A program made the translations under genes and the position numbers. The notes below the pieces were generated by a model. That model was not told the origin of the DNA. It saw nothing but the letters and a program-made list of their open reading frames with translations, and ran no database searches. Shown here in pieces: positions 10,189 to 23,446 of a stretch of 64,000 bases of DNA (its first letter is position 1; each line of letters begins with the position of its first letter). The DNA is from Pseudogymnoascus verrucosus (taxonomy: Eukaryota): the NCBI GenBank assembly GCA_001662655.1, contig KV460239.1, one strand, 5' to 3'.

Positions 10189-12867
10189 CATTCACATTCA
10201 CACCGCGCCCAGTCCAGCCTGCTTGCTTGCTTACCACTCCTGTGTAGTGGTATTGTGTATGTATGTGTGTGCCGCCGCTCGCGCCAAAAAGCGCAAGCCC
10301 AGCGCCCACAATGCACCACAAACAATGGTTCGCGCCCTCCTGCACGCCCAAGCCGCGTTATTGGACGGCACAACACGGGCACAGGCAGAAGAGAGGGGGG
10401 TTTTCGAAGGAGCGCCAGGCCAGGCAGGCAGGCTGCAGGACCCCTGGGGGGGGGGGGGTGGTGGATTGGGTTGGGTTGTAACTGTACTTTTGGGTGGTGC
10501 GTGCGCGGCCCTCTTCTGCTCTTCTCTTAATTACAGTAGTTAAGTAAGTAAGTGGTTCTAGGATTGGGCAGGGGAGGGGTGTGTAGGGTGGAGAAGGGAC
10601 CCCTGGTGGTGGGAAAACGTGGAAGACATGGATGGGGAGGGGGATGTGTGGTCAGGCGAGGGATGGGATGCATGCATGCCGGTCGGCGGTGGTTGGTTAG
10701 GGAGGGGTAAAGGTACGATATTAGTGGGAATTGATTGAGTGATGATGAGTGAGGAATCGGTAATGATGATGCTAATGTATGTATGGTACGACGGCAGTAA
10801 CTACGAGTATCAAATTCCTGCTCACTCCTGCTTCTAGCTGATAAATCGCCGAACCCCTGGCGCGGGTTTTACAGGTGGAATAGAGAACGGGCTTTTGGAC
10901 GCCTGGATGGATGGGATGGGTGAGTGCATTGCATTGTGTCCGATAGTACACGCAGGAGGAGTTGCTGCAGGTGTGCCATTCGATACAGATTACGAAAAGG
11001 GTACCCACGTGGCCAACAAGCTCCTCCGTGCATCAACGAACCGTCTGCCTGCCGTGCCTAGGGGGGGTTTATGTAGTTCCACGTAACTCACTCACTACCC
11101 CTCCTCCACGAACTGCTGAACAATCATGCAGCACGGGAAAGAGAAGAAAAAGCTATACAGAAGCTAGCTAGCTCTGCCTGCTGTGCCGCTTTCCCACCAA
11201 TTCATGCCGGTGCAGTCACAGCAGTACTGTACTGTAGTTAGTTAGTTAGTATACATCCTCACCTCGTGGCGTGGAGGGGACCTTGGCGATTCGCGGTCTG
11301 GATGGCGGCACACCGTCCACCTGTTCATACCGAGGGAGTGCTATTGCAGCTTGACGTGTCATCGTAGCGTGGTATCCCAGCTAGTATCAACAGCAAGGGG
11401 TGTAAGGTGGGTGTAGTGTGGTGTGCAGTGCTGTGTCTTGGGCGTCTGTCATCCCCATCACTGAGCCGTTTATTGGCCCACTCCACCCACTCCGAGCTCA
11501 GTGATCTAGCTACAGTAGCTTCGTGGAGAGTACAGTACAGTACAATACGGAGCCTGATGCTCCATCGTAGGCACAGACACTTAAGTAAGTTAGTTCTTTC
11601 CACCTCCCTTCGGCAGACAAACGGCGGACCAGCACCTAGGCTGAAGAATTTTTCTTCTTTTCCTTCCCTGTGATGTGAGGATGAGAGTAGCTTGGGAGCG
11701 GTGAGGAAGAGGAGGTGCCCACTAGCTGTCAAGATCGGCACGCGACGAGGGGGGATCCTTATCGTACGATGCATGCCCTGCGCCATGGCGGCAGACTAAC
11801 TAAACCAAGACAGCTGTGCAGCCAGCCAGCAGCAGCAGCACCAGCAAGCAGCAGCTTCGTGGAGCTCACGCACGCACGCCGGCACCAACACAAGCTGCTG
11901 CATCTCAGGGTCCTTCACGCCGGCACGCACATAGCCCTTACAACTTAGCCCTAAAATCCCTAAAACGAAGACAACACCTCACTCCCGTCGTATTGCCGGC
12001 AGATCACCCAGATCTCCCCGATCAAAACAGCGTGGACGCTGTGACCAGCGGGCATTTAGGAGACTTTCTGTACACCTGGTGTCGCCCACGCGCCGTTTGA
12101 GAGCGAAGGAAGGGTCAACGGTTGATCCGTTCATCGCCTCTGAGACATCTCCGGCACAGGCACCACCTCCCCCACTTGCTATTCCCGTAGACCGTCGTGT
12201 CGGCGGACTGCCGGCTCCTCGATGCTGCACATACATAGCGTCAAACGGTGAAGTCATAGCCTTGGCGCGGCCGTCTCAGGAAGTGGTGATGTGAAGCAAG
12301 ATGATGAGCGACAGACAGACAGCGGAGCAACCACGATCCCAGGCAAGCTGTGTTGGCTGAGGTGGGTTTGGTTGTCGATCTTTTTGTTGGGTTACGGTAC
12401 ATACCTGAATCCCTGTGCGAGAAAAAGGTGAGGTTGGCTTGCTGCTGCAGTGGATACACGTGTCCGGCAGTTCTTGCATCTACCGGATTGTCGAGGAAAC
12501 TTTCTTTCTTTGCTCCCTCTCGAGCTGGCTGAGACATGGCCGATGGGGGTGGGAGGGAGAGAGGCTCAGGATGATGGGTTGTCTTGAAACTGGCTCCACT
12601 CTGTGGACAAGGATGAGAAGCAAGATTCATATCATATCGTCGACGTGAGTATAGGGATAGTAATCTTCAAGCCAAACTGACTCAGGAAACCGGATGAGCG
12701 GCCTCCCTCCGTCCTATCTCTCTCTCCTCGGCGGCAGCGAGATCGAGTTCTTGAGATCTCAACTACCGAGATTGAGCTCCCCACGCACTCCAAAACTCAC
12801 CCGTCCCCGTCCCTCCCCTTATCAAGCGTCGCGTCCGTCGGGCACCACATCAATCGTGAGTGGGGGT

Positions 12868-12895
12868 CCATCCATCCATCCATCCATCCATCCAT
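12868..12895 (+). repeat. (CCAT)n microsatellite
   Basis: Read directly from the sequence. Confidence 0.9.
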
Positions 12896-15800
12896 CATCC
12901 CATTCTTGCGGTGAGCGCCTCCTCCCACCAGCACCAGCGCACCCATTCCGCCGTACCCCCCCTCAACCATCCGCCAGATCCTCGGCCGTGGCGGCTTACC
13001 GATTCAAAAACGGGTAAGGTAAGACGACAACCCGTTCGCCAAGCCCCGCTGGGTTTTTCTGGCCCTCGTGTGGGACCGGGGAGGTGCGTGGTGATCTCCG
13101 CAAGGAAGGGTGGTGGCGAATCGGCGTGGGTTGTGGGAAGGTGGTGGTGTGCAGGAGGGGACATGCTGCACACGTGGAGGGTATGCGCGAATCCGCGAGG
13201 TGGTGGGGGGAGGGGGGGTAGGTACAGGGAGAGGGAGAGGGGTGGTCATGTGAAGGGAGGGGGTGTGAAGGGGGGATACTGTATATGTGTGAAGTCTCTG
13301 TTCTTTTGGGGGCAGAGGGGAGAGACGGAGGGGAGGGGGATGGATGTACGTATTTAGTGGATAGACCGATGGATAGATGAGATGCCGGGCGTGGGAAGTG
13401 TGGGAAGAATGGAGACGCGCTTTCCGAAGAGGGATACAGCGCCGGTAGCCACTCCGAGACAGATTGGCGCGTGGTTCTAGTGAGGAACGGCGGACGGTGG
13501 CCTCTTCGACGCTTGGGGGTTGTGGAGAACGGAGAAAGAACGTTTATTGTAGATAAGCACGCCAGATAGATGAGGGGAGGGAAGGGAAGGCGCTCCTGTC
13601 AGCAAAACAGAGCCAGAGCACGGCCAGTCCGGGTTTTTAGGCTTCTGGAATCAGCTAATCTCACTATTCCCGTCCACTACCATTCACCAGAGGTACTTGT
13701 GGCACCACTGCTGGTAGTACTGTATCGTAAGTACCTCCCGTGCGCTCTCCTTCCGTTCTCCTTCCGTTCTCCTTCCGTTCTCCTACTTCCACCCACTAAC
13801 TGGTACTACTAACCCTTCTAACCCTTCTAACCTTTCTATCCCTTCCTTCCCTCTCTCTTCTCTCGTCATCGCTCCCTCCTCTCCTCTCCAAGCACCACAC
13901 CCACCCATCTCCCACCGGCTCCTGCACGTCCCCATCCCCTCCCGGCCTCCACCCCCCCAACTCGGCCTAGCCCCCCTCAAACGACAGGCTGACAGATGAT
14001 GCATGCAGGGATCATCTCCGATGAGACGCCAACTAAGTAAAAGTATGTACAGTACATACATGCACACATCCACATCCACCGCCGTCTCTCTTCCCAGACC
14101 GCCACGCACTGCGTGTGGGCTCCGAGACATGGGTCCAAGCCGTAACTGTATGTACCGTCCCGTATGTACCGCCCTGTACTTGTACTGAGGGGCTATCCCT
14201 GTCTGCCACGCTGCGAAGGGGGATGTGGTGGCGCGGTGGCGCGGAGAAGGGAGAAAGGGCGGTAAGGGTGGGAAAAGGAAGGGATGAACGGGATGGAGGG
14301 AGAGCGACGGTGCGTTGGGTGGGATGGGATGGAGTGGGATGGAGGCGGTAAAGTGGCTTGCTTGCTGTGGTGCTGCGTATTGTGATGAGGTTGGTTGGTT
14401 GGTTGGGTGGTTTCTTTGACGAATTGTTGTACGGCTGTACGGTGTACGGTACTGTGGCAGCCACGATGCCCGTACCTGGCTCCTGGTCGTTCTGGGCATA
14501 TGTAATGGGTCATATCTGCACCCGCGAGAGCCTCTCTATACCACATGGCGGTGCCTGTCTGCTGGCTTGTTGACTTGCAGATGTCTGCGTGGTATGGGGG
14601 GGTGGTGGTGGTAGTGGTGCGGGTTGGGGGATTGAGGTATCTGTACTTGCGAACTGCATCATCCCGTGGAAATCGCAATGCTGCTCAGTCACCTCTATAG
14701 TGAGTATTCACAATATATGTATGTATGCAGGCAAACACGTTCTTCTTCATATCGTGGGCAGTGCAGAACTCTATACAACTCTGCATATATACATACCCAC
14801 TCAACTCCGGCGGGATCATCAGCCAAAGAGAAATGCCTCGTCCGTCGGCTCTGTCTATTTGCTCTGCTCTGGGTAGGGGGGGATAGAGGAGGAAGGAAGA
14901 AAGGAAAGAAAAGGACGACGGGATAGAGGGAGACCAGCAGAGAGGCGGACATAGATAGTAGAAATAGCAACCAGCTCGCACTGAACCCGGCCACGTTTTT
15001 CCCTTTCCCTTCTTCTCTTGCCCTCCCACCCGTGCCTCCCTCTAGAACCCACACTACCTTTGCCGCGACAACCTTCTCCCGCGACGCCAATTCAAAGCTT
15101 CCATTCCAGCCAGCCAGCCCGCCAGCCTCAAAGTCTCACTCGGTGGTGGCGAGAAGCACACGGGAAGGAAAGAGCGAGACTGAAACAGGGCGGATTGGCC
15201 ACGCCGTTTTATTTAATCTCTGCCGGGCCCGGGGGGGGGGCTTTAATTCTATTTTTGCACGATCCCCAATTTGCTTTGTTTCGATTATTATACGATTATA
15301 GACGGAGGACAACCTCCTGAGGAAGGCGGATCAGAGTGCAATTTGGGCACGAACTACAAACAAACTACAGACAGGAGAAGAGTTGTGTGAACGAAGGGGA
15401 AGACGAGACCAACCCAGGGAAGACCAAGGGAAAGAGAAAGTTACATCCACATTTCAGTACCACAAGTACCACAAGTACCCTTTCTCCTACCTTGCTCGCG
15501 CCACGGAGATACAGACAGTACATCAGTACGGCACCTGGGTACATCACTTTCCCTTTAGTCCCTTCCCTTCCCTTCTCTGTCCCCAATCCCTCCCCAACCC
15601 CACCCTGCGACGCCATTTGCTCCTCTTCTTCTCCACCCCAGCTTATTCGAAATCATCCACAAAATAATCCGATCCTCATCGAAAACCCAAATCGAAATAC
15701 AGGACAAGACAATACAAGACAAATATCCAAAACTCTTCATTCCCGCCGGCGCTATTATCACCGCTACCTATTGGCTTTATTGGCATTATTGGCATTATTG

Positions 15801-17646
15801 CCTGTTTCGTCGCTCTGACTTTTTCTTCTCCGCTGCGGACACAAAGGAGACGCAAGGGAGACAGGACCAAGACTATCTATCTACCTTACTACTACTACTC
15901 TCACACACGGACAATCAACAGAACGAGCGCTCGTCCCACAACGCGCCTTGCAGCCTACCGAGGTTTCGCCATAATTAGAAAAAGGGTGAAAAGAAGAAGA
16001 AGAGGCAAGAGGCGCAAGAGCTATAACCCGAAAGAGAATAAAACCGGAATCAAATCTGATTGCCTTGTGCGTTTGTGTCAGTTCCAAGCAAGTTATACGG
16101 GGTATCTCTCTCTCACACACACATAAACTGGAATCTGAACTGGCCTTCCCAAAGAAGAGACGCTGCGCCGAACAAGAGCGAGACACAGAAGTCTTGGCTC
16201 TTTCCAAGCCCCCCCCACTGAATCAATCAGGCTCACTGCCCGTTCACTGGCGGCCACTCTTGTGCAGCACATCACACAGAATCACTTAACTCGGTCTTTT
16301 CATATGCGGATCACCGCCACGAACTGGTCACACTGACACCAACTCGCCCTAAAAACTACCACACGATTTTCACTCACACGCACGATTTTCCCACGGCGAC
16401 TCCACGATTCTCCCACGTTGCATTTGTGTGCTTTTTATCCCTAAAACTGAAGCCGAGAACACCGACGACCTGGTCGCTCACTCCGGCACATACACCGATC
16501 AAGGCAAGACATATACATTCACAGTCACAAAACTACATCCGACATTCACACGAATTCACACGCATTCACACACACGACCTACGACTTACTTACGACCTTC
16601 GATCCACGACCCATGCTTTGACACAAAACCAGTGTATAATACATATATACTGTATACTGCACTATACCCGGCTTGCTTCACCTCACCGTGCATACTTCTT
16701 ATACCCTACCCTACCCTTACCATACATACATACATACTCTTAAAAGTGGAATTGGAAATTCTTTATCCCAGCCACTGGAACATCCACGGAACATCCACTT
16801 TACGGGGTAAAAAGAGGTACAAATACAAACTCTACAAAATTCCACCTGCTGGGATATACCTGGCATATAACGAGGCTAGTCTGGGGGCTTTATTATTCAG
16901 GTGGGTCCCTTTTTCCCATTTTTGATCTTAACCTGGTTCCCTTCTCCGTCATCTTTTTTATTATTACATTACCACCAAACTATTCCCTTTTGCCCTTTGC
17001 CCAAACACGACTCAACCCACCGTCAACCAAGCGTCAATCCGGCTCCGGCTCCATAACTCTCTCACGCTCTCACGCTCATACGCTCAATTCACCGTTCCTC
17101 ACTACTTCACTACCGCCCGCGCCTGCCTTACTACTCCCTTACTACTCATTACTCATCTCACTCTACCTCACTCTACTTCCTCTACATACCCACGCCGCCC
17201 ATTTTTATTATTACAAGGCGCCTGCCGCTATTTATTACCATTCTTATTACCGCAGCCGACTATTCGCTCGCTCCCTTCACAGTAGTTCCAGTCACAAAAC
17301 ACTACTACTAGTCCCGGTCAATCTAGTGATCGACACTTCGAAGGCGCAAGCCCTCGAGGTTGTTTCGGTTCGTCTGGCTCTTGTCTGACCCCGATTTCCG
17401 CACCACCATCACTCTCACAAATCTACCCCCCCCCCTCCACCTCCACTCACAACTCCCCTCCCTCAATTCCCCCCCTCCACCAAACATACTACCCCCCCCC
17501 TCCCCTTGCACTACCTACAACCAAACCTCAAAATCCTTTACTCGTCTCGTCTTTGCCCTTACCCGTCCCCGCTGTTATTACTCCTCGTGGCATGTGCATG
17601 AGGTATCAGTTTCAAAGTGGCAGTAACCAATACCGTTATAGTGTAG

Positions 17647-19887
17647 ATGGCCCTAACCAAGTCTTCACATCCCGAACACCATTTGTCTACCCTGTCTCGA
17701 TCCGACTTTCCAGAACAGCCACAATTCTTTCAAGATTCTGTCGACTCCCTCGCGACATCTTCTCTCACCGATTCACAACCTTCGCCGGAGAAAAACCCCT
17801 CCATCGACACCCTCCTTCGAGTTCGTAGCAACTCCAAGCAGCGCCAGTCCACCCTCTCCACCACCTCGTCGAGAAGCAGTCGCACCAACCTTCTCACCTT
17901 TGCTGCCCTTGCACGAGACAAGACCACCAGCGCCATTGCCAACTTCTCCGATCCCGTCACACGAGCACAAGTCTCCCGCAAGAACTCCCACAATCGCCGC
18001 ACTGCCGGTGACAGCGAGAAGAGCCCCGAGCGGAAATCCGACTCCTCGCGATCCATTCCTCCCCAAGCGAAAGAATCACAATCCATAATAGCTACCCCAC
18101 GTCCGGGCCTTCAGGACACGGAGCCGCCCTCTCAGTCGTACGAGGATACGGACGCGAACACCCCGACACCTAGGAAGGTAGGAGCACCGGAGCAGAGCAC
18201 GATGCACCAAACCTCCTCGCGCTTGTTGCGCATGACAGAGGATGACAGGCCATTCACCAGAGTAAGCGACGAATCTCCCGAGTCTTATCTCTTTTCCACA
18301 GCCAGGGCAAACTATTTACATCGCTACCAGGATTTCAAGGACCTCTTCGCAACACTGATCGTCAGCCTCCCCCTCGAATCCCACCGCCGCATGTTCAACA
18401 AATGCGAGCACTCCTTCCTGTCCGAAGAGGCAATCAACAATTTAGGATCCTTAAAATTCTCCCAGTCCAATCGCATGCCAGATCCAAAGGACCCCTCGCG
18501 GATCGTCACCACAACCACCACCACCACCTTCTCCATGGCCCGCGATATGGCCAGGACCGTGTGCCAGCGCTTTGTGGATGCCCGGTTCATTGAGTCTGCA
18601 GACGGCAAGCAGATCAGAGAGTTCAACCTGAAGGGCACGCTATGGCAGCTCACGCCCAAGGGCATCCACGTCCTAGACCGCTTCTGCTCCAAGAACGGTA
18701 TCCAGCAACGGCATGTGGTTGATCTCGTCAACTCGCCCAAGAACACTATGCAGCTCGTCGTCTTAGAACGTGACAGCGTCACGGATGAGATCTCGCAAGA
18801 TCGCGGGACGGTGGAGGTCCTGTTCCGCCGCTTCATTGGCGCCAACGGACCCAACATCAAGAGCAGCGTGTCGGCGGCCGATTCGGATTCCCTGAGCGAA
18901 TACAAGGATGGCTTGGCGGGAGTCAGGATGGCTGGTGAGCGCAAGATCGGCTCCCCGCAGCGGACGGTGCTGCAATCCTTCACCGGGAAGGCGGCGGTGG
19001 ACTGGCTGCTCGACTGCTGTACCACCGTGGACAAGAACGAGACGATGAAGATCGCCGCGCTGTTCCTGGAGCACGACTTATTATGGTGTGTCCTGTCGGA
19101 CAGGTCGTACACCTCCCAGTTCCCGGGACACAAGTTCCAACCTACCAAGATCGCGATTTACCAGATGACACAGAAGGGCAAGGATGTCATCAACATGTCC
19201 AGTACCCACAGGCTCTCCAACGGCGACGTCGACAGCCCCTCGAGTAGAGTCGGCGTCTCCCGCGATTCCAACACGCAGAAGCTGGACAAGATCCTCACAG
19301 ATGCGGCTCTGCGCCTGCTCTTCCGCGAGCAGCTCCGTGATACCCATTGCGAGGAGAACCTCAGCTTCTACCTCGACGTCGACGAGTTCCTGAAGTCCTG
19401 CACAGATGCCCTGCAAGGCATGTCTCCTTCCTCGCGCGCCAAGAACCCCGATAAGAGTCTCGATGCGATCAAGGAAACCATGGCCTCCGCGTATGGTATC
19501 TACAACGCTTTCCTCGCCCCCGGCTCCCCCTGCGAGCTTAACATCGACCATCTTCTCCGCAGCCAGCTCGCCTCGCGCATGACCAAGGCAGTCGGCCGCG
19601 ACGATGCCATGATCGAGAGTCTGAAGGAGGTCATCAAGCTGTTTGAGGAGGCGCAGCTGTCCGTGTTTAAGCTTATGGCAAGCGTACGTACATGCTATAT
19701 CCTCTTTCTTTCTCTTTTTTAAAGTGTATCCACAAACTCTAACTGCCAATAGGACTCGGTGCCTAAATTCATGAAGAGCGCCAAGTACGAACAGACCCTC
19801 AAGAACTACGACTTCGACTCCATCCCCGCCCACCCTGCCCCCGGCCAACCCCGCTCCCACGGCTCCGTCAACCGCTCATCCCGCTGA
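17647..19887 (+). CDS. flbA: Regulator of G-protein signalling FlbA/Rgs1/Sst2 (two DEP domains plus RGS)
   Basis: Exons 17647-18261, 18331-19683 and 19753-19887. Motifs: MHQTSSRLLRMTEDDRPFT, SEEAINNLGSLKFSQSNRMPDPKDPSRIVTTTTTTTFSM, FTGKAAVDWLLDCCT, and RGS ..HCEENLSFY..IYNAFLAPGSPCELNIDH..VFKLMASDSVPKF. Start may instead be 18202. Confidence 0.95.
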
Positions 19888-21265
19888 GCCTCAGCCGTCT
19901 ATCTGGCAGCTCCCCAGCTGCCCCGGATCCCCTCATGAACGATCAGCATATACCCACGCCAGAAAATTTCCATAATTCCCAAAGTCATGTCATGTCGTCA
20001 TTTAGCGTTACATACCAAATAGACCGGCCCCGGCCCAAACCCCCCCCATCCCCAGAAGCGTTTGCCTCGCAGCAATCCAATCACCTACCCACTACAAAAA
20101 ACCTCACATACCGACCTACCACCAACCTTCAACATATTACATCTATCACATCCACATATGAAACCGCTTTTTCCTCCTCAAAATCAAAATTTCAGCTCTG
20201 CATTCTCATGGCGTTTTCATCATCATATTCGGGCATTTCAAGAGAAAGACGGGGGGGTCAAGGAAAGGGGGGGGGAAGGACGGGCAAAACAAGACATGTT
20301 GCTGTTGTTGTTTTTGCTCGCTCAACTGTTGTTGCTGCTTCTTTTTTGTTTTTTTCGCGCGCGCGCAAATATACTACTGCCCTGTACTCGTAATATAGCT
20401 TTTTGCTTTGTTTATTTTGATTTCTTGTTTTTAGCTTCTCGCCGCTGCGCGCCCCTCGGGGGCTGTTTCGACGCTTCGCGGGGGCGCGGGGAGGGTGATG
20501 CATATACGGGCATTTTATGATGGGGAAGAAAGAGAAGAGGAGAGAAAGAGAAGAAGAGAAGACGAAGAGGGGGAGGTTGGGAAGAGGGAGAAGAAGCAGA
20601 AAGACATTACAGCAGGATAATAATCGCTCAACTCTAGACATTTATTTGGCGGCGCTCCTCCTCCTCTTCTTCGTCTTCTTCTTCTTCTTTTATTATTGCT
20701 TTTTTTGGTTATTTTGCGTCGTTGCTTTTTTAGTTCACTTTAGATTAGGATGGGAGGGGGGGATACCCTGAGATGAGAAGGAGGTGCTTTGGACGGACCT
20801 TTTGTGTTTGAAAGGCGTCGGTGCATACACGCATGGCTGGCTGGATGGATGGTGCGGCCGTGGATTAGAGTAGGAATGATAGCCTCTTAATGCCGTCGGG
20901 ATGTTTCTAAGCTGTTTGTGTGATATATGTGTTATTAACATGTGAGAAATCGGAGGGGATGATGTGGTGATGGGTGGGTGAGTGTGCACGCAGGGGCGAG
21001 AGGGGTTGAGTGGGAGTTGTAGGCGGGAAGCACAGTTATGTTACGGGTTGTAATATTCGTCTCGCCAAGTTGCCAAATGTGTAATTCTACAAAAGCCACC
21101 TTCTTACATGCGTCCCCCGCTGCCCTTTTCCGCTTTTTCTTTCCGCCGCGTAGACCACCTTCAAAGGGCATCTATCAAACGCCAAACACCGCCCAAATGC
21201 ACCTCTGCTTGCCCCCCTCGCAAACCCGCACACACACGCACGCCATTCCATCCTACAAACCCCCC

Positions 21266-22639
21266 TTAAGCATTCACCGGCCCACTCTCCTTCGACCACC
21301 CCTTAACCCTCATAATCTCCTCCACCCCCCTCCACACCGCCTCCACCCCCTCCCTATCCCTCCACCTCGTCTCCTTCCCCCCACTCCACGGATCAAGCGC
21401 AACACCCACCACGCCCCTCCCCCACCCCCTCACCGCATCCGGCACCGGCTCCCCCCTCCACCCTACATACACGCCCAGCGCGTGCCTAAACAACTCCTGG
21501 GGCGCTTGCCACTTGTAGTTCTTGAACTGCCACGTCTGTCCCGTGGTGAACACCGCTACTACCCTCGCCCAGTACTCGGGCTTGAATTGCTCGGGCGAAT
21601 CGACGACGATGAAGCGGATTGGGCGGGTTGTGTCGATGGAGGGGATTATGCGGGAGAGATGCAGGATTGTGGATGTGCTGGTGGAAAGCGAGTCGGAGGG
21701 GGGGACGTAGAGGCCGCTTTCGAGGAAGGATTTTATGTTCGACATACGTAGGAGGGAGGAGGCGGAGGGGGAGACGAGGATGATTGGGTCGGGGCGGCGG
21801 GCGGGTTTGGGGTTGTGGGGGAGAGCGGTGGGACGCGCGCTGCTGTGGGTGGTGGTGGAGGAGGAGGGGGCGCCGGGTTTGCGACCGATGAAGGTTTGGG
21901 CGATTTTGCGGACGTGGGAGAAATCCTGTTGGGGGGTTCTGTTAGCTTTTGCTTTATTCCTCCCGGTTTTGAATCAGGGGGGGCGGGCGACTGGGAATTG
22001 GAAAGGGGGGAAGGAAGAGAGACGAACGGTAGGCTTCACACCGCGCAACACGCTATTCCGATCACCCATCCTCCGCTCCCCATTATAAATCTCCTGCAAC
22101 CTCGGATCGACCGTTCGATTCCTCGCTCCCGCCCCCGCCGCAGCAGGCGCAGCACCCCCCGCCTTCCCAGCCGCGACCTGCGCGCTCGCCGCTGCGGCCG
22201 CCGCGTCCGCCGCAAGAGGACGGATATACTCGCTCTCCTCCGACGCGCCCTCAAGCCACGTAATCAAATCCAACCTCTCCACGAACGCGAGATTTTGCAC
22301 CGTCCCCCCCGCTCCGCCATCAGCAGCGAGCGCAGTATTGAGCGCGAGCGCCGCGGCGTTGTAGTCGGGGATTGCGACTTCGCGCTTGAGCCAGGCGAAG
22401 TAGATGGAGCGTAGGTCGACGGGAGTGGAGGAAGAGAGGAAGCGAGTTGGGGTCGTGAGGGCGAGGGAGGTGGAGGCGTGGGGGAAGTGGAGGTATTGCG
22501 CGCTGGAGAGGGGGGTGTCGGCTGCGGTTGTGGTGTCGGGGGGGGAGGAGGTGAGGGTTGGGAGGGCGGCGGTGGAGGAGGCGATGGATTGGCGGAGGAG
22601 GAGGAGCGCGTCGTGCTGGGGGGTGTCCGCGGATGCCAT
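21266..22639 (-). CDS. CDC73: Paf1 complex subunit CDC73 (parafibromin)
   Basis: Exons 22639-22028 and 21925-21266. Motifs: FVERLDLITWLEGASEESEYI, DRNSVLRGVKPTDFSHVR, DPIILVSPSASSLLRMSNIKSFLE, YWARVVAVFTTGQTWQFKNYKW. Confidence 0.93.
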
Positions 22640-23446
22640 CTTGAGGTGTGGCGCGGATGAGGGGTTGGATGTGTTGATGGTGGTGGTTGTTGGTTGTGGT
22701 TGTGGTCTTGGTGATTTTGGAGCTCGCCGCCGGCTTGGAGGTGAAGTTGGATAATACACGGTAGCCTCACTGAGCCAAACCCGCGTGATTAGTGCCTTAG
22801 GCCAAAAGCTTGTTATAAGCAAGGGAATCAATCACTTGGATATATTGGCACTCAACCTCAAGGTTCTTGACGTTCTAGGTGAGCTTAGTTGGATAAGTTG
22901 TCACTGGTCAACATGCATAGCCTTATCTTGCTTTATATATCTTATAAATTTCGAAATTTTATCGCCCAAATTTTTAACCTCACCAGACTTATCACATCGA
23001 TTCAATCAGAGCTCCTGAGCAAAATAATATATTTTAAACCTCGCCAGCGTGATGAACCACGGCATTAACTATTACAAAGTTAACAAGGTGAATTTGCCCG
23101 CCTGTGAGAATACTGGCAAAAGATAACTGATATTAAAGTGAGTTGTCTTCGTTGCCCTGACCTTGGAAAGAGGAACCAATATTTCGGCCAGAATCAATAT
23201 TTCTATTTGATAGACTGGTTCTCCACCATGAACTTCCTCATAGCATATATATACACCGCAGGGATTCCCCCAGAAGTTATCGCCGTGATTGCAATCTCAT
23301 CTTTTCCCAATCCCCCCATTTCTATTCTTTTGAGCACTAGCATCCTCACTGTCTATTTCTCCCATCTATTATCTCTCATGCCACCCTAGTCACAGCTCTC
23401 AAACAAGCTTTTGCACAGCAAGCAGCACCCCCTGTATCCAGGAATT

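Noticed and set aside
13807..13832. CTAACCCTT repeats resembling telomere repeats or a telomerase template
   Set aside because: The unit is 9 bp, not (CCCTAA)n, and there is no other telomerase RNA evidence.
15181..15187. TGAAACA Ste12-type element upstream of flbA
   Set aside because: A single 7-mer is expected by chance.
9936..15818. Many 100-240 aa ORFs upstream of flbA
   Set aside because: They are low-complexity translations of microsatellites and skewed DNA, with no domain or coherent exon chain.
18324..19860. 274-aa and 259-aa minus-strand ORFs
   Set aside because: Antisense to flbA, a by-product of GC-rich codon usage.
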